Shown: positions 18,253 to 27,204 of the stretch, one piece after another
Layout of the letters: the number at the start of each line of letters is the position of its first letter
How positions within the stretch are numbered: position 1 is the stretch's first letter
Assembly: GCA_964446145.1 (NCBI GenBank)
Contig: CAYUOB010000001.1
Coordinates: forward strand, 16,387-80,386
Source of the DNA: an uncultured Desulfobacula sp.
GTDB taxonomy: Bacteria > Desulfobacterota > Desulfobacteria > Desulfobacterales > Desulfobacteraceae
Length of the DNA stretch: 64,000 bases
Reading direction: 5' to 3'
Translations under genes and position numbers: made by a program
Notes under the pieces: model-generated
Told to the model about the DNA's origin: nothing
Databases searched by the model: none
The model's input: the letters and a program-made list of their open reading frames with translations, nothing else

Positions 18253-18651
18253 TTATTCAAACAGCCTGTTGATACCGGTGATAATGTCCTCAAAACTGGT
18301 TCCGCCGGGAAATACTGCTGCAACCCCCATTTTCTTGAGTTCTGGTATATCCCTTGCCGGAATTACTCCTCCCACTGTGAGGCGGATATCATGGAGGTTT
18401 TTTTCCTTCATCATGGAAAGAAGGTTTCTGCATATGGGAAGATGAGCCCCTGACATTATGCTCAAGCCTATAATATCCACTGATTCCTGAACCGCGGTAT
18501 GGATGATCTGGTCAAGGCTCTGGTGCAGCCCTGAATATATGACTTCCATTCCGGCATCCCTCAGTGCCAGTGCCACAATTTTGGCTCCCTTGTCATGACC
18601 GTCAAGGCCCGGCTTTGCAATCAGGATTCTGATTTTTGTTTTTGTTTCCAT
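18253..18651 (-). CDS. Cobalamin-binding small subunit of acyl-CoA mutase
   Basis: AKPGLDGHDKGA (DxHxxG), GLSIMSG and GGVIP. Confidence 0.93.
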   Translation of the reverse strand: METKTKIRILIAKPGLDGHDKGAKIVALALRDAGMEVIYSGLHQSLDQIIHTAVQESVDIIGLSIMSGAHLPICRNLLSMMKEKNLHDIRLTVGGVIPARDIPELKKMGVAAVFPGGTSFEDIITGINRLFE

Positions 18652-18681
18652 TGTGTTGTTTTTCCTTTGCAGGTTTTGTCC

Positions 18682-19656
18682 TCAGGGTTTAATATTTTTT
18701 TGCCGGTGCAGAACCCCGATCATGTCCGCCATTTTGCGGGCTGATGTTATGGGGTCGGTAAGACCGGAATTTATTTTTTCGATTTCTGAATGGAATTCAT
18801 CTGATTCTTCCATGATTTCCATAATTTTTTCCAGAGCAAGCTCCCTGAAAAAATCACGGAAATAAAAGGTTTTCATTTTCTGCATCCACAATTTCATGCG
18901 GCTGTCCGATTCCATGAATTTTCTGTGATTAAAAAAGAGGTGCACAAGCTCTTTTATTCCGGTTCCTGCTGTGGCGCTTGTCATGATCACTTTGCATTGC
19001 CATTCGTTTTCAGGGGGTTTTCTCATTTCAAGCATCATTTCAAGCCTGCGCCCTGCGGCAATGGCATCAGTTTCAGATTTATCAGCTTTGTTAACTATGA
19101 AAATATCACCTGTTTCAAGTATTCCTGCCTTGACAGCCTGCACACCGTCACCTGACTCTGCAGTGGCGACAATTGCAGTGCAGTGGACAATATCTGCAAT
19201 ATCAAATTCTGACTGGCCTGCTCCCACTGTTTCAATCATGATGATGTCATAACCCATGACATCCAGGACAAGGGCTGCGCTGCCTGCTGCCTGACAGAGC
19301 CCTCCTCTTTTTCCCCTTGAAGCCATTGACCGGATAAAGACATTTTCATCGTCTGCATGGCGCTGCATTCTTATGCGGTCTCCAAGGATTGCCCCTCCTG
19401 AATACGGACTTGAAGGATCGACCGCAATCACCCCGACTTTAAAACCGTAAGATCTGAATTCAGATATCAGAGCATCAATCAGGGTCGATTTTCCAGCTCC
19501 CGGAGCTCCTGTGATACCGATTACAAAGGCATTGCCTGCATGGGGGTATAATTGTTTTAAAAGCTCGAATCCCTCCGGATCACAATCCTCAATCATGCGG
19601 ATCATTTTTGAACCGCATCGCTGGTCTCCTGATAATATGTCTTTGATTTCAGGCAC
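18682..19656 (-). CDS. meaB: MeaB/ArgK G-protein chaperone of B12 mutases
   Basis: GITGAPGAGKST, AVDPSSPYSGGAILGDRIRM, ETVGAGQ and NKAD. Confidence 0.92.
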   Translation of the reverse strand: MPEIKDILSGDQRCGSKMIRMIEDCDPEGFELLKQLYPHAGNAFVIGITGAPGAGKSTLIDALISEFRSYGFKVGVIAVDPSSPYSGGAILGDRIRMQRHADDENVFIRSMASRGKRGGLCQAAGSAALVLDVMGYDIIMIETVGAGQSEFDIADIVHCTAIVATAESGDGVQAVKAGILETGDIFIVNKADKSETDAIAAGRRLEMMLEMRKPPENEWQCKVIMTSATAGTGIKELVHLFFNHRKFMESDSRMKLWMQKMKTFYFRDFFRELALEKIMEIMEESDEFHSEIEKINSGLTDPITSARKMADMIGVLHRQKNIKP

Positions 19657-20338
19657 TTTTTCTCTGGTTTTCCTCCCTTGTAATCATGTCAAGCACGGCT
19701 TTCCTGCCCTTGTCTATGTGCTGCCTTACAAGGCGTTCAACTGTGTCCGCATCTCTGGCCTTTATGGCAGCCATCATCATTATGTGGTCATCATTGCTCT
19801 GCAGAGCATATTCATCCTGCTGGAGTATGATATGCCTGAATCTTGAAATCTGGGCGCGGAGCTGGTTTATCATTTTTATAAGTTTGGGACTGCGGCTCAG
19901 CTCATAGAGAAGATCATGGAATTGCGTGTTGATTTTCTGCAGCTTTTCATAATCTTTCCCCTGTTCAAGGCAATTCTGGTATTGTTCAATCTTTTTTTCC
20001 AGGGGGCCAAGATCCCCTGGCCCGTAGTTTTCGGCTGCAAGCCTTGCAGCGTATGCCTCAAGAACACTTCTGATTCCAAATGTCTGGTCAATGTCCTGTT
20101 TTGTCAGTTTGACAACACAGAAACCGCCTGAAGGGGTTTTTTCAATCCATTCCTCCCTTTCAAGTTTGTGCAGGGCTTCGCGCAGCGGGGTGCGGCTTAT
20201 GCCCAGCATATCGGCAAGCCTGCTTTCCACAAGCCTTGTTCCCGGTTCTATGGTCTGGTCTATTATGGCTTTTTTCAGGTATTCAAATACATCCTGGCCC
20301 AGTGATTTTCTTTCCCTGAATGAATTGCTCAGCTTCAT
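19649..20338 (-). CDS. GntR family (FCD) transcriptional regulator
   Basis: PGTRLVE..LA..LGISRTPLREAL wHTH plus FCD domain (IRSVLE, NTQFH, DH). Confidence 0.92.
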   Translation of the reverse strand: MKLSNSFRERKSLGQDVFEYLKKAIIDQTIEPGTRLVESRLADMLGISRTPLREALHKLEREEWIEKTPSGGFCVVKLTKQDIDQTFGIRSVLEAYAARLAAENYGPGDLGPLEKKIEQYQNCLEQGKDYEKLQKINTQFHDLLYELSRSPKLIKMINQLRAQISRFRHIILQQDEYALQSNDDHIMMMAAIKARDADTVERLVRQHIDKGRKAVLDMITREENQRKSA

Positions 20339-21486
20339 CTGGATAAAATTTCCCTTGCAATTGTTGTCTGTAAAACTTCATGGGTTCCCCCGCCGTAAAG
20401 CAGAAAACGGTTGTCCCTGTAATAACGCTGCACTGCATATTCCATGGAATATCCATATCCTCCGAAAATTCTCATGGCATGGTCTGTTGCTTCACATGCA
20501 GATTCAACAGTAAAATATTTTGCCATGGAGGCTTCATTCAGACAGGATTTTCCATTGTCAATCATATGGGTCACCTTGTCCACCATGAGCTGGCCTGCTT
20601 CAAGGTTTACTGCCATATTGGCTATCTTGGCCTGTATGAGCTGGTATTTGCTGATGGGCTTGCCAAATTGTTCACGTTCCTTGCAGTATTTGATGGCATC
20701 GTCCATGGCTGCCCTGTGAAGGCCGAGAGCAAGGGAAGCTGTCATTATTCTTATTTCAGCCAGAATTTTTAAAAGGACCCCAAGTCCGCGCCCTTCTTCT
20801 CCGAGCCTGTATTCAGCAGGTATATGGCAGTCCTTGAAATAGATTTCAGACAGGGAGGAAGTCCTTGTGCCAAGCATTTCAAACGGTTTGGAAAATGAAA
20901 ATCCAGGCGTTGAGGAGGGGACAAGAAAAAAAGCAAGCCCCTTGATGCCGGCAGAGGGGTCTGTCTGGCACAACACAGTGTGAAAATCAGCTTTTGGCCC
21001 GCTTGTTGACCAGGTTTTCATCCCGTTGATCACATATCCGTCTTTTGTTTTTGTGGCCCTTGTCTGGACAGCACTGAGGTCTGAGCCCGCATTGGGTTCG
21101 GTAAGCTGGAAAGCCCCCAGTTTTTCACCTCTCAGGGCAGGGTACAGAAATTCCTCATGCATCTGCTTTGTGCCGTATAGAAAAAGCCCGTTGGTTGCCA
21201 TAAGGCACTGCATGGCTGTTGTGGCAGCAAGGCTCATAAGCCCCCTTGCAAGCTCCTGCATGGCAATGCAGTAAAGGGTGGTGTTTCCGCCTGAACCTCC
21301 TGCGCTTCTGGGATATCTGATCCCGAATATCCCCATCTGTCCCAGTTTTTTAAAAAGATGGTCTGGAAATTCTCCCCTGTTGTCATATTCCGTTGCAACA
21401 GGAATTACTTCTTTATCCACAAATTCCGCCATTGTGGCCCTGACCATTTTTTCCGCATCCGATCTCACAGGTTTTGACTGAATCAT
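20335..21486 (-). CDS. Acyl-CoA dehydrogenase family protein (candidate decarboxylating arylmalonyl-CoA dehydrogenase, IaaF-like)
   Basis: LTEPNAGSD, NGMKTW, REQFGKPI, SMAK, FGGYGY and YYRD. The C-terminal motif reads YGGGT. Confidence 0.9.
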   Translation of the reverse strand: MIQSKPVRSDAEKMVRATMAEFVDKEVIPVATEYDNRGEFPDHLFKKLGQMGIFGIRYPRSAGGSGGNTTLYCIAMQELARGLMSLAATTAMQCLMATNGLFLYGTKQMHEEFLYPALRGEKLGAFQLTEPNAGSDLSAVQTRATKTKDGYVINGMKTWSTSGPKADFHTVLCQTDPSAGIKGLAFFLVPSSTPGFSFSKPFEMLGTRTSSLSEIYFKDCHIPAEYRLGEEGRGLGVLLKILAEIRIMTASLALGLHRAAMDDAIKYCKEREQFGKPISKYQLIQAKIANMAVNLEAGQLMVDKVTHMIDNGKSCLNEASMAKYFTVESACEATDHAMRIFGGYGYSMEYAVQRYYRDNRFLLYGGGTHEVLQTTIAREILSR

Positions 21487-22679
21487 GATTCACCTCCACG
21501 GGAAAGCTGGCTTATGAGTTCCGGCACTATTTCATTTACATCTCCCACAATGCCCCAGTTGGCCAGCTTGAAGATGGGAGCTGAAGCATCTGAATTAATG
21601 GCAATGATATAACGGGATCCTGCCATTCCGGCTGTATGCTGGACAGCGCCTGATATGCCGCAGGCAATATAGATTTCAGGCCGGATTGTTTTTCCTGTCT
21701 GGCCCACCTGAGCGCTGTGGGGAAGTATATTTTTCTCCACAATAAGCCTTGTGCAGGCAAGCTCTCCACCAAGAAGCCCGGCAAGCTTTTTAAGCATTTC
21801 AAAGCCTTTTTCGCCATCTACCCCTCTTCCTCCTGCCACAACAACATTTGCAAGGGAGATATCTGTGCCAGGCTGTTCCTCAATGGTCTGTTCAAGCACC
21901 TGTGTTCTGATATTTTTTTCATCCACCATGCACTGGTGACGGATTATTTCAGGATTTTCAGGCCTTGTGCCCGGGCAGGCCTGCATGACTCCCGGCCTTA
22001 CCGTTGCCATCTGCGGCCTTGTATAACGGCATGCAATGGTTGCCATTACGTTTCCACCGAATGCAGGCCTTGTCTGGTGCATGAGTTTTGTTTCAGGGTC
22101 TATGGAAAGCTGGGTGCAGTCTGCTGTCAGCCCTGTGCCGATACGTCTTGAAACCCTTGGGGCAAGGTCGCGGCCAAGGGCAGTTGCACCCATGAGCAGG
22201 ATATTGGGTCTATATTTGTTTACAAGTTCCTCAATGACATCGGTGTATGCTATTGTCCTGAAATCCCTGAGCAGCTCGTCTTCCACAAGATACACAATAT
22301 CTGCTCCGTGGTCGTGCAGGGAATCTGCAAGCCCTGATATGTCATGGCCTATGAGCACTGCGCATACTTTCTGGCCGAGTTCCCTGGCAAGCAGGCCTGC
22401 TTTTCCCAGAAGCTCAAGGCATACCCTGGCAGGTCTGCCCTGAGCATGTTCTGCAAAAACCCATACATCTTTCCGGTCTGAGAAATCGGGAACAGGCCTT
22501 GGTTCTATGTCCGATTCTATGGCATGATTCTTTGTGCAGGCATCAATGCATGAGCCGCAGGATGTGCAGCGTTCCGTGACAACTGCTTTTCCTTCCTGTA
22601 TTTCAATGCCTCCGTATGGGCAGGCACGGGAGCATCTGCCGCATCCGTCACATTTTTCTTCTATAATCCAGATGGTCAT
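21483..22679 (-). CDS. etfA: Electron transfer flavoprotein alpha subunit with N-terminal 2[4Fe-4S] ferredoxin domain
   Basis: CDGCGRCSRACP and CTSCGSCIDAC clusters, GLTADCT, TRPAFGGN, QVGQTG and GISGAVQH. Start revised to 22679. Confidence 0.92.
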   Translation of the reverse strand: MTIWIIEEKCDGCGRCSRACPYGGIEIQEGKAVVTERCTSCGSCIDACTKNHAIESDIEPRPVPDFSDRKDVWVFAEHAQGRPARVCLELLGKAGLLARELGQKVCAVLIGHDISGLADSLHDHGADIVYLVEDELLRDFRTIAYTDVIEELVNKYRPNILLMGATALGRDLAPRVSRRIGTGLTADCTQLSIDPETKLMHQTRPAFGGNVMATIACRYTRPQMATVRPGVMQACPGTRPENPEIIRHQCMVDEKNIRTQVLEQTIEEQPGTDISLANVVVAGGRGVDGEKGFEMLKKLAGLLGGELACTRLIVEKNILPHSAQVGQTGKTIRPEIYIACGISGAVQHTAGMAGSRYIIAINSDASAPIFKLANWGIVGDVNEIVPELISQLSRGGES

Positions 22680-22714
22680 TTTTATCCTCCGCAATCTTCC
22701 GGTATCTCGGAATG

Positions 22715-23521
22715 CTACAACCTGTGGGCAATGGTTGTGTCACTTTGTTTCAACCGGTTGATAAGGTCTGATACAATTTCCTGTGCCGAGCCTTTCAGTA
22801 TTTCATTCTGCCGCCTGAAATCCGGGGCAAAGGTTTTGATAACATGGGTGTTTGATCCTTCAAGCCCTACTTCATCTGTTGTTACACCAATGTCTGCTGC
22901 ATTCCATACTTTGATCGGGGCTTTTGGCTCACAGGCCTCGATAAGGTTTCCCATGTGGGGATACCTTGGGGTGTTCAGTTCTGAAACGACCGTCAGAAGA
23001 GCTGGAAGGCGGCAGGCAAGGCGTTCATACCCGCTTTCCAGCCTTCTTTTTACTATTATGGTGTCACCAGTGATTGACTGGATTTCATTTACATAGGTCG
23101 CCTGCGCAATATCAAGCCAGTCTGCAACCTGCGGGCCTATCTGGGCTGTATCTCCGTCTATGGCCTGATGCCCGCAGATCACAAGGTCAAAATCCTTTAT
23201 TTTTTCTATCCCTTTGCTGAGGGTAAAGGACGTGGCCCATGTATCTGCACCTGAAAATGCCCGGTCAGACAGAAGAATTCCTTTGTCTGCCCCCATTCCC
23301 ATAGCCTGGGTAAGCACATCAACTGCCTGGGGAGGGCCCATGGAAACGGCAGTTACACTCCCGCCTTTTTCTTCTTTAATTGTGACGGCTGCTTCAAGTG
23401 CATGCAGGTCATCCGGGTTCATTATGCTTTCAAGGCCTTCGCGTATCAGGTTTCCTGTTTTGGGATCAAGCCTGATGCGGGTTGTGTTTGGAACCTGTTT
23501 TACAAGAACGATGATATTCAT
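22715..23521 (-). CDS. etfB: Electron transfer flavoprotein beta subunit
   Basis: KQVP, NPDD, SMGP, GADTWATS and QAIDGDTAQIGP. Confidence 0.93.
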   Translation of the reverse strand: MNIIVLVKQVPNTTRIRLDPKTGNLIREGLESIMNPDDLHALEAAVTIKEEKGGSVTAVSMGPPQAVDVLTQAMGMGADKGILLSDRAFSGADTWATSFTLSKGIEKIKDFDLVICGHQAIDGDTAQIGPQVADWLDIAQATYVNEIQSITGDTIIVKRRLESGYERLACRLPALLTVVSELNTPRYPHMGNLIEACEPKAPIKVWNAADIGVTTDEVGLEGSNTHVIKTFAPDFRRQNEILKGSAQEIVSDLINRLKQSDTTIAHRL

Positions 23522-23536
23522 GATGGTCTGTCTCCC

Positions 23537-24727
23537 TTAGATCACTGCGTTTTCCCTGAGCTGGTCAAGTGCTGCATCGTCAAACCCGAGTTTTTTGCCG
23601 TATATCTCTTTGTTGTGTTCCCCGAATCTTGGAGGAAAACTCAGGTTTCTGCCGCTTTTTTCAAGAAAGGGCGTCATGTTGGGCGGCGGGGCAAGGGTCA
23701 GCTTTGTTCCTGTCTGCCGGTCAGTTGAGAATAAAAGCCTTTTTTCCACAAGCGGGTCTGCCACCACTTCATCTATTGTTTTGATCTTTGAAACAGGAAC
23801 CGTAATTGAATTGAAAAGCCTGATCAATTCCTCTGAAGTGTGATTTTGTGTGATTTCATTTATGGCCCGGTTCAGGTTTTCAACGTCTTTTATCCTGCCG
23901 CTGTTTTTTATGTATTCCTCCCTGTCAAGCGGCCTGAAAATATCCTGGGATACCATTGCCTTCCACTGTCTGTCATTGCCCACGGCAAGGTATATGAATC
24001 CGTTGCCTGTTCTGTATACCGATACAGGACAGAAAAATTCATGGGTATTGCCGCGTCTTGAGATTCTGGCCCTGAAACTTGCTGAAAGCGCAATGGGCAC
24101 GGTCAGCCATGAAACAGAAGATTCAAACATGGAAAGGTCAATCCTTGTGCCTTTCCCAGTGACAGCCCGTTTGAACAATGCCTTCATGAGAAGACCGTAT
24201 CCGTGCTCGCTTGTACCCATGTCAGGCAGGGGAATGCCAAGTACCTGGGGATCTTTGTCAGGTTCTCCTGTAAGCTCCATCAGCCCTGATCTTGCCTGGA
24301 GTATGGGGTCATAGGCCCCTTCATTGGAATCAGGGCCGAATCCGGTCAGTCCGAGCCAGATGATGTCAGGCTTGATCTGTTTTATGATATCATAGGCTAT
24401 GCCCAGCTTTTCATAGTTTTTGGGCAGCTGGTTGGTGATAAATATATCCACATCAAGCTCAGTGATCAGGCGCTGGAAAATTTCTTTGCCCTTTTCATCT
24501 GCAAGGTTGAGGGTAAGGGCTTTTTTGCCTGAGTTTATGCACAGGAAATAGGAATTCATCCTTTCCTCATTCAATACATTTTCTCCTATGAACCGGTTGG
24601 GGTCTCCATATACAGGATGCTCAAGTCTTATGACATTCATTCCGTCATGGGCCAGTCTGTATGTGAGATATGGCGCCACAGTGGCCTGTTCAAGCGAAAG
24701 TACGGTAAGGTCTTTAAAAATTTCCAT
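23537..24727 (-). CDS. Family III (CaiB/BaiF) CoA-transferase
   Basis: NSGKKALTLNL, LTGFG, YDPILQARSGLM, catalytic Asp region PLPDMG, IDLSM and PPRFGEH. Confidence 0.9.
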   Translation of the reverse strand: MEIFKDLTVLSLEQATVAPYLTYRLAHDGMNVIRLEHPVYGDPNRFIGENVLNEERMNSYFLCINSGKKALTLNLADEKGKEIFQRLITELDVDIFITNQLPKNYEKLGIAYDIIKQIKPDIIWLGLTGFGPDSNEGAYDPILQARSGLMELTGEPDKDPQVLGIPLPDMGTSEHGYGLLMKALFKRAVTGKGTRIDLSMFESSVSWLTVPIALSASFRARISRRGNTHEFFCPVSVYRTGNGFIYLAVGNDRQWKAMVSQDIFRPLDREEYIKNSGRIKDVENLNRAINEITQNHTSEELIRLFNSITVPVSKIKTIDEVVADPLVEKRLLFSTDRQTGTKLTLAPPPNMTPFLEKSGRNLSFPPRFGEHNKEIYGKKLGFDDAALDQLRENAVI

Positions 24728-24759
24728 ATAATATTTCTCCGTTTGTCATATAATATTGT

Positions 24760-25326
24760 TCAGACACTCATTTGCCGGCCTGTTTCATGGCAGGCATCAA
24801 AAATTTTCAGGTTTGTATGCTTGAAGGGCTCCGGGCTGATGGATTCAATTGTGGCCCTTAAATCATCTGCACTTAAGGGACCGAGCCTGAAACCTGAGAA
24901 AAATGCAGCCACAGCAAGGTTGGTTGATCTTGGAGAACCCAGGTTCATGGCTGCTTCAGATGCTTTCATGGAATATGAGCCGATCTGCATTTCACCAAGA
25001 TAATTTTTCACTCTTTTGTCCGGAAATTTTGCAGGATCAGCATTGACAAACATATTGCCGCCTTTTTTCAGCATGGGCAGATATCTGTATGCTTCTGATT
25101 CATCCATTGAAAGGAGAAAATCAGCAGATCCTGCCCTGACAAGGCTTGACCGTGCCTTCCCTATCTTTAGATGGGATACGACAGAACCTCCTCGCTGGGC
25201 CATTCCGTGGGTTTCTGCTCCAAGAATATCATGGCCTTTTTCAAGTGCAGCACAGGCAAATATTTTTGTCATGAAAAGTATGCCCTGTCCCCCAAGGCCC
25301 GTTAAAATGAAATTTATGGTTTTCAT
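24760..25326 (-). CDS. iorB: Indolepyruvate:ferredoxin oxidoreductase beta subunit
   Basis: GLGGQGIL and ETHGMAQRGGSV. Confidence 0.9.
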   Translation of the reverse strand: MKTINFILTGLGGQGILFMTKIFACAALEKGHDILGAETHGMAQRGGSVVSHLKIGKARSSLVRAGSADFLLSMDESEAYRYLPMLKKGGNMFVNADPAKFPDKRVKNYLGEMQIGSYSMKASEAAMNLGSPRSTNLAVAAFFSGFRLGPLSADDLRATIESISPEPFKHTNLKIFDACHETGRQMSV

Positions 25327-25344
25327 ATCAATATTCTCCGATTT

Positions 25345-27204
25345 TTAGACAGGTTGGATTGCTTTTTGCGGACAGACCTGAATGCATACTCCGCATTTTG
25401 TGCATAAAACAGGGTCTATCTTTGTTTTTCCGGTGGTTTCGTCTCTGAACAGGGCCGGACATTCAAAACGCAGGTGGCAGAATCCGCAGTCATTGCAGTC
25501 ATCTGAAACTGTGACCTCTATTTTTTCTGCAATGGCCTCGTTTCTGAACCCGATCACACATGGATGCCGGGAAATTATGACTGCAATCCCGCCGTCAGGC
25601 TGGTTCACATATTCATATGCTGCTTTGATTTCCTTTATCATTGCCTTTGTATCATAGGGGTCTGTCACCCTGATATATTCGATTCCGCAGCCTTTGACGG
25701 CTGTTTCAAGGGAGATTGCCTTTCCTGCGGTTCCGTCCACCCTTTTTTCCTGGGTTATTGCGGGCTGCATACCTGTCATTGCGGTGATACGGTTGTCAAG
25801 CAGCACAAGAATGAACCTTGCATCGTTATATACTGCATTGATAAGGCCTGTGGTGCCTGAATGAAAAAATGTGGAATCACCCATGGTGGCAACTATGGGC
25901 TTTTTTACTCCGTCCTGGATATATGCCTTCCACAGCCCTGAAGCCACAGTGATTCCAGCTCCCATGTCAAGCACCGTATCCACTGCACCAAGATTGCTGC
26001 CAAGGGTGTAACACCCTATGTCAGAAGGGAAAACAGCTTTGGGCAGGGCTTTTCTTATTGCATAGAAAGATGCTCTGTGGGGGCATCCTGGGCAGAGAGT
26101 GGGTTTTCTTACAGGAAGTTCAAGGCTCTGAACAATGTTTAAAGCTGCATCGGTTCCGGTGCTGCCTGACAGAGGGTCAAGCCCGCAGTCTGACAAAGCT
26201 GTGTTCAGGACTGCCTCGATTTTTTCAGGGAGCAGCTCTCCTTCCATTGGCACGTGGCCAGATAAACGGCCCAGTGTCTTGTTCCTGTCGCCAAGCAGGT
26301 ATTCGATGAGAGTGTCTGTTTCCTCAATTACTAGTACCCTGTCGCAGGCATTTGTGAACTGGGCTGCAAGTTTTTCTGGAAAGGGGTATGGAGCTCCAAG
26401 CTTGAGCACAGGTATGTCTGTCCGTGAGAATTCTTCAAGCAGATCCTGCACAACACTGAAGGGTACACCCCCTGCCACAATTCCAAGGGGATAGGTTCTG
26501 TCTTTTTCAAGATTATGATTATTGTAGCTGGACAGAAGGCTGAATTCCTCTGAAATTTCAATGTGCTTTCTGTTCAGGTCCTTGTGCTGGATAAAACGGA
26601 ACTTGGGAGTGGAAGCCCATCTTGCAGGCTCCCGTCTGAAATCCGCCTTTGTGGTATTGGGTTTGAAATTTGCATATTTTATATTCTGTCTTGCATGGCA
26701 GACCCTGATGGCAGGTCTTAAAAGCACGGGAACCTGAAATTTTTCAGACAGTTCAAAGGCGGATTTTATCATTTGTCTCGCTTCTTCAGGGCCTGACGGA
26801 TCAAACACGGGAATCTTGGCCATTCTTGCCATGAATCTTGAATCCTGTTCTGTCTGGGATGAATGGGGGCCTGGATCATCGCAGGAAATTATGACAAGCC
26901 CTCCGATATTTCCGATATAGGCTGCTGACATGAATGAGTCGGCTGCCACATTAAGGCCCACCATTTTCATGCAGCAGGCAGAGCGTTTGCCTGATATGGC
27001 TGCGGCAAAGGCATTATCAAAGGCAACTTTTTCATTGACTGACCATTCAATGCTGGTATTCAGGCCTGCTGCCTGTGAGAACCTCACTGTTTCAGGCAGG
27101 ATTTCTGAACTGGGGGTTCCAGGATAGGATGTCATGATCTGGCACCCTGCTTCCACAAGTCCCAGGGCGATTGCCCCGTTTCCCAACAAAAATTCTTCTT
27201 TCAT
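25345..27204 (-). CDS. iorA: Indolepyruvate:ferredoxin oxidoreductase alpha subunit
   Basis: LLGNGAIA, YPGTPSSE, NEKVA, GLNVAAD, SSQTEQD, LCPGCPHR, DIGCY and GDSTFFHSG (TPP), plus a C-terminal 2[4Fe-4S] domain. Confidence 0.93.
   Translation of the reverse strand: MKEEFLLGNGAIALGLVEAGCQIMTSYPGTPSSEILPETVRFSQAAGLNTSIEWSVNEKVAFDNAFAAAISGKRSACCMKMVGLNVAADSFMSAAYIGNIGGLVIISCDDPGPHSSQTEQDSRFMARMAKIPVFDPSGPEEARQMIKSAFELSEKFQVPVLLRPAIRVCHARQNIKYANFKPNTTKADFRREPARWASTPKFRFIQHKDLNRKHIEISEEFSLLSSYNNHNLEKDRTYPLGIVAGGVPFSVVQDLLEEFSRTDIPVLKLGAPYPFPEKLAAQFTNACDRVLVIEETDTLIEYLLGDRNKTLGRLSGHVPMEGELLPEKIEAVLNTALSDCGLDPLSGSTGTDAALNIVQSLELPVRKPTLCPGCPHRASFYAIRKALPKAVFPSDIGCYTLGSNLGAVDTVLDMGAGITVASGLWKAYIQDGVKKPIVATMGDSTFFHSGTTGLINAVYNDARFILVLLDNRITAMTGMQPAITQEKRVDGTAGKAISLETAVKGCGIEYIRVTDPYDTKAMIKEIKAAYEYVNQPDGGIAVIISRHPCVIGFRNEAIAEKIEVTVSDDCNDCGFCHLRFECPALFRDETTGKTKIDPVLCTKCGVCIQVCPQKAIQPV

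Noticed and set aside
16595..18651. Housekeeping methylmalonyl-CoA mutase
   Set aside because: No epimerase or carboxylase nearby, and the substrate-pocket strands are strongly altered.
7711..19656. Nicotinate fermentation cluster (Mo hydroxylase + amidohydrolase + B12 mutase)
   Set aside because: That pathway uses CoA-independent 2-methyleneglutarate mutase and enamidase. Here the mutase is MCM-type with MeaB, plus a CoA ligase and CoA-transferase.
154..27127. Numerous plus-strand ORFs of 60-200 aa opposite the catabolic operon
   Set aside because: They are antisense shadows of well-supported minus-strand genes and show no recognisable motifs.
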